DNA of 64,000 bases from Catajapyx aquilonaris. Lineage: Eukaryota. Under the pieces are notes generated by a model. The model made no database searches and was not told where the DNA came from. It saw only the letters and a list, made by a program, of their open reading frames with translations. The number at the start of each line of letters is the position of its first letter. The first letter of the stretch is position 1. Shown here in pieces: positions 13,801 through 25,495 of this stretch. The position numbers and the translations under genes were made by a program. The DNA lies in the NCBI GenBank assembly GCA_000934665.2, contig JYFJ02000072.1, positions 1-64,000 on the forward strand, in the 5' to 3' direction.

Positions 13801-16800
13801 CACCTTTGAGGTGTCTGGCAATCTAACCTCCTGGGGGACTGCACATGGCCCAAAGGTTTAAGACATTGCTCCTGCACAAGTGTCCCTCCCCGACAATCCC
13901 TATCCTTTCCCAATGTCCCTGTTTCCTTGCACCGGAGAAAGAAGCTGAAAAATATATAGAAAACTGATGGTGGTGTGCCACCCCCCTATAGATCCCCATG
14001 AGGGACATCATGGGGTAAACAAAACACAACAAAATTTAAAAAAATAAATATGAGTGTTTGCAGAAGAATAATATTGACAAGTAAACCAGTGGTCACCTCG
14101 ACATGTGTCAACTTGGGAATACTGTAGTATAATGTTGCTAATGTGGTAACTTTTCTTCCAGTGTCAAGGCATATGATGTAAGTACCCCTCAAAAGGGGTT
14201 TGTGTTTGAGGTTCCTGTAACTGTGATTCGGCCAGAGCCAACCAAAGACACCCCCCGTCCTGAGATCGAATGGACTAATGTTCGCTTTAAGTCAGGAACA
14301 ATTCAGCGCCATTTTGTGATGGTACCAGAGGGAGCCACCTGGGCTGGTAATTTGCTGTTTCATTCAAATAGAATTATGGTAAATGTAGGTGTATTTGTTT
14401 GCTGGATACTTCTTCAATTGCAGTGGTGAGAATTCAGTCAACTGATGGGGAACGAGCAGGGCGCTTTGTGATACATGCTATCCAGCTTCGGCCACGCCTG
14501 GTCTGTAAATCCTTGGAGTTTCACAAGATGATCAACTTGGCAGAGCAAGGGGACAATGTTCAGTCATTCTGTGTGAAGGGAGGCCTGATCCTGGAACTTG
14601 TGATGGCCAAGTGGTGGGCTAACATGGGCGAGGTAACCCTGGACTATAGCTTGGCTTTCTATGGCCTGCGCCCAGATTCAGTAGACATCACTATGCATGG
14701 GGCAGATGGGATTTACAGACTAGAGGTACATTCCACCCTGCGCCATGAGGAGCTTTCTCCATCTGTCACTCTGAAGAACCAGGTGCTGGTTCTGCGACCT
14801 AATGACTCCACTTTAGTTCCTCTCACTCAGAGAGATGTGATACCCAAGGGCAGGCAGATTTATGAGCTCCAGCTGGTCTACGCTTTTCATGTAGCTAAAT
14901 CAACTGAGCTTATGCCAAACTGCCCCTTCCTAAGTGACCTTCTGTATGAGTCGGAGTTTGAGTCGCAACTCTGGATGCTATTTGACTGCAACAAGCAGCT
15001 GCTCAGCACTGGGGATGCATATCCATCAAAGGTATGGTGTTATTGAGATTTTCCAAAATCCTATTGTACCGTGTTAAAGGCATTTTTATTATCCATGTTA
15101 CTTTTTCGACACTAGGGACCCATGCAGACACATTCCTTGCATAACCTCAAAATATGAAGAATTAGGAGACCTGTCTAATAATTGTGTCCTAATGATAAGC
15201 AGCTTAGTGCCAAAAAAATTCCTAACTACTACAGACACTTCAATTGTAAATATTGCATATACCATCCAACACAAACTTGAATAATTGCTAAGTGTGATCA
15301 AACATGTTGCACTGTCAGCGGTGTGAAAGCTTTACCCGTTAACGTCACTGTGATTTCCTGTATGTGACAATTCTTTCTTATTTTTTACAGTACATTGTGA
15401 AAGTGGAGAAGGGAGACTATAACTTGATCCTGCAAGTGCGTCATGAGAAGCGAGAGCTCCTAGACAAGCTCCAGGACCTGGTTATGCTCCTAACCCAGAA
15501 GCTCCCTTCAAGCTATGGCTTAGACGTGTATAGCTGCTACTCCCAAGCACTAGTGGGAGGCAAGAAGCTGGGAACCATCACTGTGGCCCAGGGAAGTGCC
15601 ATACCCATCTATGTGGCCCCTCTTCCCAGTGAGAAGTATGCAAAGACCCTCACTGGTGGTCAATATCTTGCTGGAACAATTACTTTTGCCAAGGATGAGC
15701 TGGGAAAACGTGTTGACACCTACACATTTAAATATGTGCTGCCAGAGCCACCCAGAAAGACTGCAAACTCAAAAGCTGCAGACAAGGACAAGGAGAAAAC
15801 CAAAGCTGAGGAGTTTCAGGAAGCACTCAGAGACCTAAAAGTCACATGGCTGTCCAAGCTGGATCCAAAAGCAGAAGGTCTGATTCTTCTTAAAAATTTC
15901 CCATGGTCGATCATCTGGTGATTTAATTTTTTCGATTTTTGTACAAAAATATAGGTTTGGTGCTGTATGATGAGCTTCGAAGCAACCACACGGATCACGT
16001 ACCAGTGTATCTTTCGCGGCTTCAGGCCCTGGAGGGTGAAAAACTTAAACCATGTGATGACATACTGGAGGCTGCTGAGCTGGCCCTGACCCGCTTGGAC
16101 CAGACCAAGGTGTTAGTGGCCATGGGGATGAAGTCTGACCCACGACCTGATGCTGCTCGTCAGAGAAGCCAAGCCGAAAGGCAAAAGGCTATGTTGTTGG
16201 AGGTGTTGGCCAGGAAGGGCTCTGCCATGGCTGATCTGTATGTTTCAGCCACCACCAGGAACTGTGTGGTTGCTCACCCTGCATCAAGCAACTCAGTGTC
16301 CTCCACTACGGGTTCTGCTGCCAGCTGTGCGGCCAGCTCCACCTGCAGTTCGGGTGTGTGTAGTGGGTCGAGTAGTACCACCAGCGTGAACCTGACAGGG
16401 AACAATGTTATCAACAACAATGTGGGGAAGCTGGCCCCTGCAAATGCAACTGTAAAGCATGATGATATTGACAAGGTCATGTGGGATGTGCTCATGTTTG
16501 CTGAGGCAACTGACCCTAAGGTAAACCGCATGCAGGTAAACTTGTTATGTTATTAGTTCAGTGTCATTACTTTCTTATTTCTGAGGGTACTTTCTTGGCT
16601 TGCTGGTTCCATCTCTCAACATCTTGATTTCATGAATACAGTATAATGCAGGACTATCCCTACACACGTCCCCTTACTTGCCAACCCTCCTCCTCTGCCA
16701 GAGGTATGCAAACCTGAGAAAAGTAGATGAGGTTGTGACGGTGTGAAGTGATGAATTTTGCGACTGGTGAAGTAGTAAGACTGTTTTGAGCATTCCTTCT

Positions 16801-19158
16801 GCGTAGTTCAGTAGCAGCAGTACGGAAAAGTTGGCATTGGAGATTGACTCAAGTCAATGCAGTAGATCGTGTGGGTACCACATGCACATGGCCAGCGCCA
16901 GATTTACGGCAAGGCAACCTAGGCAGTTGCCTAGGGCGGCAGATTTCAAAGGCCGGCAAATTTAGGCATACAAAACAAAGTTAACGAAGAATTAATTATA
17001 AATAATTATGCAACTGGATTTACCATTAAGCAGAGGAGCCAAGTGCCCCCTTTCCAGAAAACATATACTCTGTACGGCTGCAAAAATGGTTCAATTGACA
17101 CAGAAATTGCAAAAAAAAAAAGTTTAACCATGGTTCGCGGCCCCCTGGTTGGAAACCACTGGAATATCGAGTCAAAGGGAATAAAAATGGACCAAGGAAG
17201 TGCATGGAATCTAGGTACACAGATTGCCCTAATATTCAACACACATCTACATGTGTAGAACACTACATGTGCCACAGGATTAAAGAATCTGGAACCCAGT
17301 GTACCTAGATTCGCTTGCACTTCCTTGATCCACTCATATTCTGTTTCACTTGATATCCATGGAATGTAAAACCACGCTATGTTCGATGTACCACTCACAG
17401 TATGCTTTCTGCTCGAGTGACAAGTGTCGAACCACCTGGTATGGGTTCAGTTTCGCCTGAACTATTTTTCCCACAGTGTATTATGCGAATCGTAATTGAG
17501 AATTACTTGTATCATAAATGTGATTTTCGCTTAACATTGTGTGGTTTTATGTTCCATGATTGTGTGGATATCAAAATCGAGTAATATTTTTTAGGCCTTG
17601 GGGATCCAACTGTCACTTGCCGTTAAGTCGTCATTCAGATCAAGGAGATTGTACCATCTGGTATGTCGACTTCAGTGCATACCAATATCATGCATCTGCG
17701 ATCTGTATTTTTCTTGTTATAGGCTTCGTTCAATGAGGGTGAGTTTCACTTATCCTGAATAATATGCGACATAGGGCTGTTTTGATTTCCACTCTTTGAT
17801 TCCTCTTGACTAGTCAAAAAGAGCTATAGATAAGGCAGATACGTTATAGAATACATGTCAAATGGAATTTAAAATGATCTCTTCTTTTCTGGACACTTTA
17901 TTAAATGCTCATTATAAAAAATTGAACCTTGCTCAATGCAGTGTCGTGGTTAAGCCACAACCTTAGTCATCAGGAACATTAAATGTTCCTGAGGTTTTAG
18001 AGTAGCAAGGGATTACTTAGTAACAACTCTATCTGTTGAAATAAGGATTTTTCTGGGAAAAAGAAGATAGTTCAATGGGGTCCTAGCCGACATTTTGCAA
18101 ACCCATGTAAAAAATCGTACGTATTTTTAAATGAGTATTGGGCTTTTTTGTTTGAAGAAACATGTATTAGTTTTCGAGGTATAATCAATTTTGTTATTCA
18201 TTGTTGATCCGAGTGACGTCAGCTGGTCAGAGAGATTAAATGAGGCAGGGACACCTCAGGGCTCTCCACCTGTCATCCGAGCTGCTTTGTTCCTTCTCAG
18301 AACTTGGTGCCAGTACCTGCCTGCCTGATACGGGTCGCCCTGGGGCGGACCTGCCTCACTTATGTCCCCAAGAAGGGGATGGCAGGAGTCCAAATGCGCC
18401 TGATAGGCCCACTCCCCCTTTTCCCGCCAAGTTGAGAGTGATTTTTGAACGCGAATTATTTATCGAGGAATCCCATTTTGGTGCTGAAAAGTGGTGGAAT
18501 GCATGTTTACATGTATTGTTAAGCTATTTACAAATATCCCAAATTCCAAACTAAGGCTAGGACCCTATTCTACCAGGTAGATTCCCTTGCTAGTCTGTCC
18601 TTCTGAATATTACACCTGACCCTTGGACAGGTGGTGGGTTTCTCATCCAGGGAAAGTTTCTGTGGATTCTCTCCTTCCTTGTAAATTTTTTCTCTCACAT
18701 CCTTCTGTTCAAAAGTCCATCAGCATGGAAGAAAATAAAGCAAATAAGCAATATACAAATATCCCTCAAGGGGCATGGCCTTCACATCTCATACTGAGTA
18801 AAAGTTATTTTTGGTAATGATACATTTTAAGGATGCACTTTGAAAATCTAAATATGAATTAATGGGTGTCTTTAGGTCATTCATGAGATTAGGAAAATCT
18901 CACGCATGTCAAGATTGTAGACAGAACATTTTTATGCTTTTTCCCCAGGTATCACAGTTTGCAGTTAAACATGCCATGACCCACCAGCATTATGGCCAAG
19001 CCCTGAAACTTGTGATGAAACAGCAGGAAGAGCGACCCACAAAGGAGAATGATGAGCGCATCTTGGAGCTCTATGAGCTTCTGAAGTGGCCACACTGCCA
19101 TTGGATGTTGTCGTCCTCGTTACCCACACGATACCCAAATGCTTACCATCCCTTTTGA
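7875..19158 (+). CDS. TPP2: Tripeptidyl-peptidase II (subtilisin S8 family), about 1305 aa, 13 exons
   Basis: Exons: 7875-8039, 9682-9810, 9871-10038, 10099-10262, 10493-10656, 10756-10996, 12183-12547, 13074-13539, 14162-14346, 14424-15031, 15391-15877, 15955-16520, 18949-19158 (3918 nt, phases consistent, all GT-AG). Catalytic motifs [26 protein letters not shown] and NGTSMASP are present. The C-terminus RYPNAYHPF is typical of TPP II. Confidence 0.96.
11612..11736. mobile_element. MITE, PIF/Harbinger (Tourist)-like, in TPP2 intron 6
   Basis: About 39-bp TIRs (GGGCCGGTTTCACCGAGCTTGGTATATGATAAAACCAGG, 2 mismatches between arms). TTA target duplication on both sides (11609-11611 and 11737-11739). 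Confidence 0.85.
12859..13017. mobile_element. MITE, Tc1/mariner-pogo (Tigger-like), in TPP2 intron 7
   Basis: TIRs CAGTTGAATCTGGATATAAC / GTTATATCCTGATTCAACTG, TA on both flanks, and internal TCTGTTATA(A/G)C subterminal repeats. Confidence 0.8.
13697..14049 (+). mobile_element. tRNA-derived SINE, family A copy 1 (TPP2 intron 8)
   Basis: Pol III A box TGGCCGAGATGG and B box GGTTCGATCCC, with an A-rich tail. TSD ATGAGTGTTTG (11 bp) at 13686-13696 and 14050-14060. Homologous over its length to 22358-22705. Confidence 0.88.
16893..17161. mobile_element. Degenerate hAT-type MITE fragments in TPP2 intron 12
   Basis: CAGCGCCAGATTTA...AGGCAACCTAGGCAGTTGCCTAGGGCGGC left-end-like motif and GGTTCGCGGCCCCCTGGTTGGAAACCACTG right-end-like motif. 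The two ends do not match each other, so probably more than one element. Confidence 0.35.
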
Positions 19159-20191
19159 TTCACCACGATTAATAACCTACCCCCCCTTTTTAAACTTCTT
19201 ATTACTCTGTGTTTTGTTTCGTCTCAGGTAGACTGATACCGTCTGTCTTTTCCCCATTTTTTCCAGCATGGTGTGTTTAAGCATTCTAGAACTGTTTTCT
19301 TGCGATCCACTTGCACACATTTTATTAGCATTCCAGTAATTGGCGTGAGAAGCACCTACTGGAATCACCAGTCTAGGACACATTGTAAATTTTATGGCAT
19401 GTTCCCCAGTTTTCCTTTGCCCTTTTTTTTCTTTGAAGAAAATCTGCATAATAGTGGTGCTTCTGGTGAGAGTTACACTCTTAGTAACAGGCAATAATCC
19501 CTTGTGATGCCATTTCAACTGGTGCGAGTCATTTCTGTAAACTGTTGGGGGAAGAAGAGGTGGATTCCACCAGTTACATTAAGCATAATTTATTTCGACT
19601 GAGGAGCTACAAGTCCCCGCCCCATGTCTCCATCCCTGTGCATTTTCCGTAATTTAAAAACAAGACATTACTCCCCAAGTTTGGCATTTTTCGCTATTGT
19701 TTTATACCAATCCAGAAGACATTTCAGTAGAGTCAGTTTTTAACAGAATAGCTTAGTTTTTTGATAAAGCAAATATTGCTTTGGGCCCATGATGGCAAGA
19801 ACAATTTTATCAAGACGAGCCTGTGGAAGGTGCAACAAACTGATTTAAAAACAGATTCTACTGCAGGAGTATGTCGCATGTGCTAGGAAAAATACATGCT
19901 GCCTCTTTTTAGGAAAAAAAGCAAGATATTTATTTCCCATTCAAGTCCATGGCTGGGTGATGTCAACCCACCACCACTTACACCTGTTGTTTTAAAAAAT
20001 TAACTTGTCCTTTACACTCTGTAGAAAGTGATCAAGTGTGTGTGTGTCATTGTTGAGTATGTATGCTAACAATTTTTTTGTCATGCATAATGGGGCATCA
20101 CTGCCCAAGGGAAAAAAAAGACGTCTAAATCACCGCCGTGTTGTTATTTACTAGTGTTAAGTGATCCCTCTAGATACAAATTAAGGTTTGT

Positions 20192-20197
20192 AATAAA
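20192..20197 (+). terminator. Probable TPP2 polyadenylation signal
   Basis: First AATAAA I found after the TPP2 stop, about 1 kb downstream. Confidence 0.4.
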
Positions 20198-20424
20198 AGG
20201 AGTGCAACCAATTATTCAAACTCAGGGAGAGAAACTTGCATTTCCTCTTTCATGATAATGACGTAAACCTAAGACATACAACATGTACAGTCCTCGTTTT
20301 TTGCATTGTTGTCTACAAGATGTTGAATTTATAATTAAGAACTCAACACTTAATACTGAATCTGGGACATGTTTGCATATGGAGTGTTCATGATGGTTGC
20401 CATTTGGCTGGAGATTCCCATATT

Positions 20425-20459
20425 GGGGGGGGGGGGGGGGGGGGGNNGGGGGGGGGGGG
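20425..20459. repeat. Poly-G tract containing two N bases
   Basis: G run interrupted by nn at 20446-20447; true length uncertain. Confidence 0.8.
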
Positions 20460-20568
20460 CATTTCGCACAGAGAGTATGACTCTGATAGCTAAAAGTACA
20501 GAAAATAACTTTTCCTTTTTTTCTGGCATGGAAGAAACTAGACAAAGGCTTAACCTCGGATTATTTGA

Positions 20569-20822
20569 TGGTCGACAGGGTGGCCAAGTGGTTAGCGCTG
20601 CAGCCTTCCACCTCTGAGGTCCCAAGTTCAATCCCCGAGTCGGACGGAGGATATTTATGTGCATCGAATTTCGATGGGTTCTCTCCTCTCCGTGTTCGTG
20701 TGGGTTTTCTCGGGGTTCTCCCGTTTCCTCCCATTTTCAAAATCCATCATAGTGCAGGCAATGATTAAAGACAGGTATTTAAAAGATGATCCCCAAGGAG
20801 GCCTATCAGGGGGTATCCATTA
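20569..20822 (+). mobile_element. tRNA-derived SINE with V-domain-like central core (family B)
   Basis: A box TGGCCAAGTGG, B box AGTTCAATCCC, core CTCTCCGTGTTCGTGTGGGTTTTCTCGGGGTTCTCCCGTTTCCTCCCA and a 3' stem-loop tail. TSD TAACCTCGGATTAT(T/C)TGA (18 bp) at 20551-20568 and 20823-20840. Confidence 0.85.
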
Positions 20823-21244
20823 TAACCTCGGATTATCTGAAGAGCACTGCTCCACAGGCACCAACTGTCCTTTTTCAATACGGACACGATTATGTCACAT
20901 GTATTCACAATTCACGTTAGCAAAATAATGCAGACAACTGGTTGCAGGTTTCCTTAGGTTTATTAGGGTGCAAGAGCAAGGCCATTAGGCATATGTAGTC
21001 TCCAGATGTGATAGTCTACTGTACAGTATTGTCCTACAACCAATACACACACCTGACATTCTAGTGAACACTCAATCCTCCTGCATACAGCAGTCTGGGT
21101 CTTTCGCTCTGAATAGTACTTCAATTTTGAGTCATAATACTTATTTATTCCATTGAAGTGCATAGGATGACACATTAGGACTTCCTTTCTGAATATTCAG
21201 CTAAGAAAAACAATCTCACGATGTGCCTCCCACACTAAAGTAAG

Positions 21245-21423
21245 TGACGTAAACAAAAGTCACAGGCCATCATGCAGTGCACTTTTGTATCCTTTGATTT
21301 TTGCAAATTTTTGTGCAAGGTTTAAGAAAAATGCATGCAAATGCTGTGTATTGCACTGTACATGATTGTCAAATGATATGCAAGTGCATCACATGATGTC
21401 CTCCGATTCCGTTTGCATTGCCA
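21245..21423. repeat. Degenerate inverted repeat, probable old MITE
   Basis: ...AAACAAAAGTCACAGGCCATCATGCAGTGCACTT pairs imperfectly with AAGTGCATCACATGATGTCCTCCGATTCCGTTT...; no clear TSD. Confidence 0.4.
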
Positions 21424-22265
21424 TGTGGACGATGAGGCCATCCCCCTGCTTGGGCAGTTCACTTGGGTTGAGTACATCCTACATGATTAACTCTTGAAAT
21501 AGTGGATTTCATAACTAAAATTCCCGTAGTAAAACACATCAAACTGTGAATTACTGAACTACGTGAAACATTGATTCACTATTTTTGTCCGGGAAAAACT
21601 GATAAATGTGGGAGCCAAAACGTAGGCTTTGTTCTGGAACTATAGGAATTAGACAATGGATCCAGGGAAATGATGCATACAAAAAAGACAGAATGATCAA
21701 GCTTTCATCATGCATTCCCCTCCACAGGCAGAGCAGGCCAGTTACCAAAGAGCAACTGGCACACTATGACATGGCATGACTATGATCATGACAAAATTGA
21801 ATCATTTCCATTTCTTCATGATTACTTCACTGCTTGCCAAATTTTTCCAAGCAATGAAAAATCATACATACCTCATCTAAGCTTATCTTGCAGTGAAATC
21901 TGCACTCCTTGCTTCCTGCCAACTAATCATACATTATAAAAATCGTAGGCAGTCATTACTATATCCCTCAAAAAGATGGAGACAAATTTTCATTTGGTTT
22001 CAGTGCAATATCACTTCTATCTTTTTGAGCAATATAGTACGTGATTGGCTAGCAGGGAATAAAAGGTGGTACTTCCAGTGTAAGGGCAGCTTAGATAAGC
22101 ATAAAAACACCAAGTGGCAAGTAACATGCTGTTGTGATTTGGACCAAGTGACAAATGGTGAGAAAAAATCATTTATTCCTCATAACATTCTGCAGCACTT
22201 GGTGTCTGGCCCTCTTCTGAATCAATGGGGATGGTGACAAAGACCGGTCCAGAGATGGACCTTTG

Positions 22266-22850
22266 CAGAGGTGGGCACTGCTAATTTTCAATAACAGCTA
22301 ACTTGCTCAGTAAAACCATGGACATCGCGACATCGCTACATCGCTAATGCTAAACAGTTCAGAGAGGTGTGGTGGCTGAGATGGTAACGTCTCGGCTTGC
22401 TGAGTGAAAGGTCCCAGCTTCGATATCCGCCTGGGAGTTCCCTTTCACCTGCATCGGGAGGGTCTCTGACCCACACCTTGGAGGTGTCTGGCAACCTAAC
22501 CTCCTGGGGAACAGCACACGACTCGTTTAACAACATTGCACTTGCACACACATTCCCTCCTCAAAAATCCCTATCCTTACCAAATTACCCTGCACCGGAG
22601 CTTGAAGTAAAATGGAAAATATTTCAGAAAAAATGGTGGTATCCCACCCCCCTACGAGAGTCACAAGCTCAATCATGGGGTAAGGGAAAATAATAAGAAG
22701 AATAATAATGCTAAACAGCTAAACAGAAAGGTTAGTGGAAATCCCCCTAATCGTTCTAGCTGTTCATCATTAACGATTTAGAGCTGCCGGCCTGCCAACT
22801 GAATTAGCTGTTAGCGGAACTAAAAATTTCAGGTAGCATGCCCATCTCTG
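22266..22850. mobile_element. hAT-like MITE interrupted by a SINE
   Basis: Termini CAGAGGTGGGCA / TGCCCATCTCTG match at 11 of 12 inverted positions. Internal (C/A)GCTAA and TTAGC repeats. The 8-bp TSD is only weakly recognisable. Confidence 0.55.
22358..22705 (+). mobile_element. tRNA-derived SINE, family A copy 2
   Basis: Head GGTGTGGTGGCTGAGATGGTAACGTCTCGGCTTGCTGAGTGAAAGGTCCCAG is nearly identical to copy 1. B box is degenerate (GCTTCGATATC). Tail is TAA/GAA-rich. TSD TAATGCTAAACAG (13 bp) at 22345-22357 and 22706-22718. Confidence 0.88.
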
Positions 22851-23181
22851 ACCTCTAGAACGTTATGAAAAGCTTTTGAATATTTTTGAAGATGTAGAAT
22901 TGCACTTCAACAATGCAAAGTCAGTTTTGCATGACACTGGCCTTGCACTAAATTTTCAATCCTATGCACTTCAAAAGAACCTCAGTATTACACACCTTTG
23001 GATGATTAGAACACTACCTTCTCCACCTTAGAACCATATATCAACATAAGAATGATGCAGCTATACAAGGATAAATTAAAGGCAGCATACAATCGACACA
23101 GTTGCTCTTGCTTGTGATGGGAATAAAATGTCATGGTTTAGAAACACCCACTGTCATCTGCCAACCAACATGCCTAATCGT

Positions 23182-24783
23182 TCACCCGTCAATGTCGACA
23201 TCCGAGTTATCCGAGTTGGACCCAGAACTAGACTTCTCATCACCAACTAAGAGAGCAGCTGGAACTACACTGGAAACATTCTGCACACTTAGCATGTTGG
23301 CTGTGGTGTAGATTGAAGATGGGGTTAGGGCTGCATGTGTGGTGTGCACCAGGTTCACCATGTGCAGTGGCACGACTGTGTGCAAGGGGAGGGATATGGG
23401 TGCCGAATGAGGAGTTGGTGAAGAGCTTGGTATCACAACTGATGCCACTTGCGATGCTGAAGCTGACACCGATGGAGCTGGAACATGCACCTGAATGTTG
23501 TGCAGTGGTGGGATGTGTGGCCGAACCTTCTTCCCACCAGGACGATGAGGGTTACGACAACCGCGGCAGCGACACTCTAGACAAGCTTTAGCTTCCACAT
23601 AACATGGGCATCGTTGCCCACAACAAGTCAGCTTTCCCGGCGTTGGTGTTGCATTTCCACACCGACATCCTTTCTTCTTCGGTTTTGGCTTCAGGGTCTT
23701 GATCTTGGTGCGGCGAAACTGCTGCTGCAATGGTGGGACTGATGGTGGATTGTCTTCACATGGTAATGCTGGGGTTGCAGGTGATGTTGACATGTCCAGA
23801 TCAGATGTTGACTCAGGTGTCAATTTCCGCTTAATGGTGATCTTGGTGGAGTCAGCCCCAGCGTACATTACTGAGTACAGGGAAGAACCACCATTCTGTG
23901 TCGAGGTGGTTTCTGCCTGGGGTGACACAGATGGCGTTGATGATGGTGCCGCCACAGTTGCTGCTGCCACTTGAGGAGTCTGAGTTGAGGTCGTATTGGT
24001 TGAGTACACAAATGGCAGGATGCTGTAGGCTGATTTTGATAAACCAGCATTGCTCTTGTAGTTGTCCTGAAAGTTCAGCATTTTGTGAATTGACCAGTCA
24101 CATAGATTTCATGCGGAAAATGAGGAACGCATTACCTCTTGGTATTCTCAATAAAATGCAACTAGTGATAAAAGCCTAAGCAAAATTTTATGATCGTTAT
24201 CTATCTCTTAGTTACTAAACTGCACACGTGTGCTCAGTAAAATATTCCATTAACAAGGTACTAATTATAAAAGCATTTGTGTGTCCTAATAAAAATAAAT
24301 TATATGAAGCTCAAGCACAGAGAATTTAGTACACTTCAAATAAATGTCTTCCCATATAACTGGGATTAAAGGGCACACCTGAAAGCCAGCACCCTCTTGT
24401 ATGAGATCGACGAGTCCATTTGCGGACAGCACAGTCCCAAGCTGCCTGAAAACCGGAGTACTGGCAACATATTCGCACAGCTTCTTGTAACATTGGAGAA
24501 GGATCCTGAGCTGGACATTCTCCATATACTTGTCATAGTCTCGGCACCAGCTGCAGGAGGGCTTGAGCTTCTTCTTCCCTCCACGGCATGCTCTGCAGAC
24601 ATGGTGCTGACAATTGGACTCTGTTGGCGTGAATGGCTCAATCAAGAGGTTACTGCAAACAGTGCATGACAAGGATTGGCGCAAGTAGGGCAGCAAGCGA
24701 TGAAGGTCGGTCCACTGCTCCGAGCTGCCATCAGACTGAAGCACCAGGCGACATGTTGAGACATACAAGCTTGTAGCATTCAT
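23182..24783 (-). CDS. MSL2: E3 ubiquitin-protein ligase MSL2 (male-specific lethal 2 homolog; RING + CXC), about 429 aa, 2 coding exons
   Basis: Exon 24783-24379 encodes MNATSLYVSTCRLVL and the RING (CTVCSNLL...CQHHVCRAC...PSCSWC), then ENVQLRILLQCYKKLCEY. An in-frame ATG at 24813 would add 10 aa. After a phase-0 intron (24378-24067), exon 24066-23182 encodes the CXC domain CRCGNATPTPGKLTCCGQRCPCYVEAKACLECRCRGCRNP. Confidence 0.95.
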
Positions 24784-25495
24784 GTCCAATGGTTGGGCCA
24801 CCAGTGCTGGCATTCACTAGTAGGGGAAAAGGAATAATTAGTACATTTTTCTAAAAATATTGCTAATTTTGAATTTTGATGCTAATTTTAGAGCACAGAT
24901 TGTGGGTCACCAGGCAAATTGAAGCCTTTATAAATACACCAAGTAAGCACACTGTACTCCGGATTATCCAGGTGTGGATTATCCATGCATCGCCAAAAAA
25001 TAATTAAAAATAAATGTCCAAAAAATTGTCACTTGATCTCGCAAACAAAGAAATATGAGAGACTTTTCCTAAAGATCCAAGTTAGTGAAAATTCCTGACT
25101 CATAAATCAGTTAAGTTCATCATGATTATGTGTTTGTCAAGCATGGGGGGCATTTGTACCAAAAATTTAATACGCGAAGATATAACTACACACTCTGAAC
25201 ATTCAACATTGCTAATTGGCCTGAATGTGAACACATTATTCTCAGTGTGAGCAGGCACCTGACCCAAAATCACTTGAAGGAAAGTTCTTACACCAAATGT
25301 TTGCAACGCTGCCGGGGTGCCCCCACAACATCCTTGGTGACATGTGCATGGATTGAAAATGCAAGCAAGTCATGTGGTGAGATGTCATGTGGGTATGTCA
25401 AGGCAGTTCTCTTGCTGGGTTGTGACCTGGTGCACCTTCTTCCCAGGCTGAATGAAGTCAAACCTTGCCGTACCCAGCTGGTGCCAGTAACTCAC

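Noticed and set aside
13630..13913. Related short ORFs here and at 22336-22693
   Set aside because: Chance translations of the two SINE copies.
24990..25030. SXL-type poly-U binding sites in the MSL2 leader intron
   Set aside because: Only U5-U7 runs on the - strand, expected in an AT-rich intron and shorter than the Drosophila sites.
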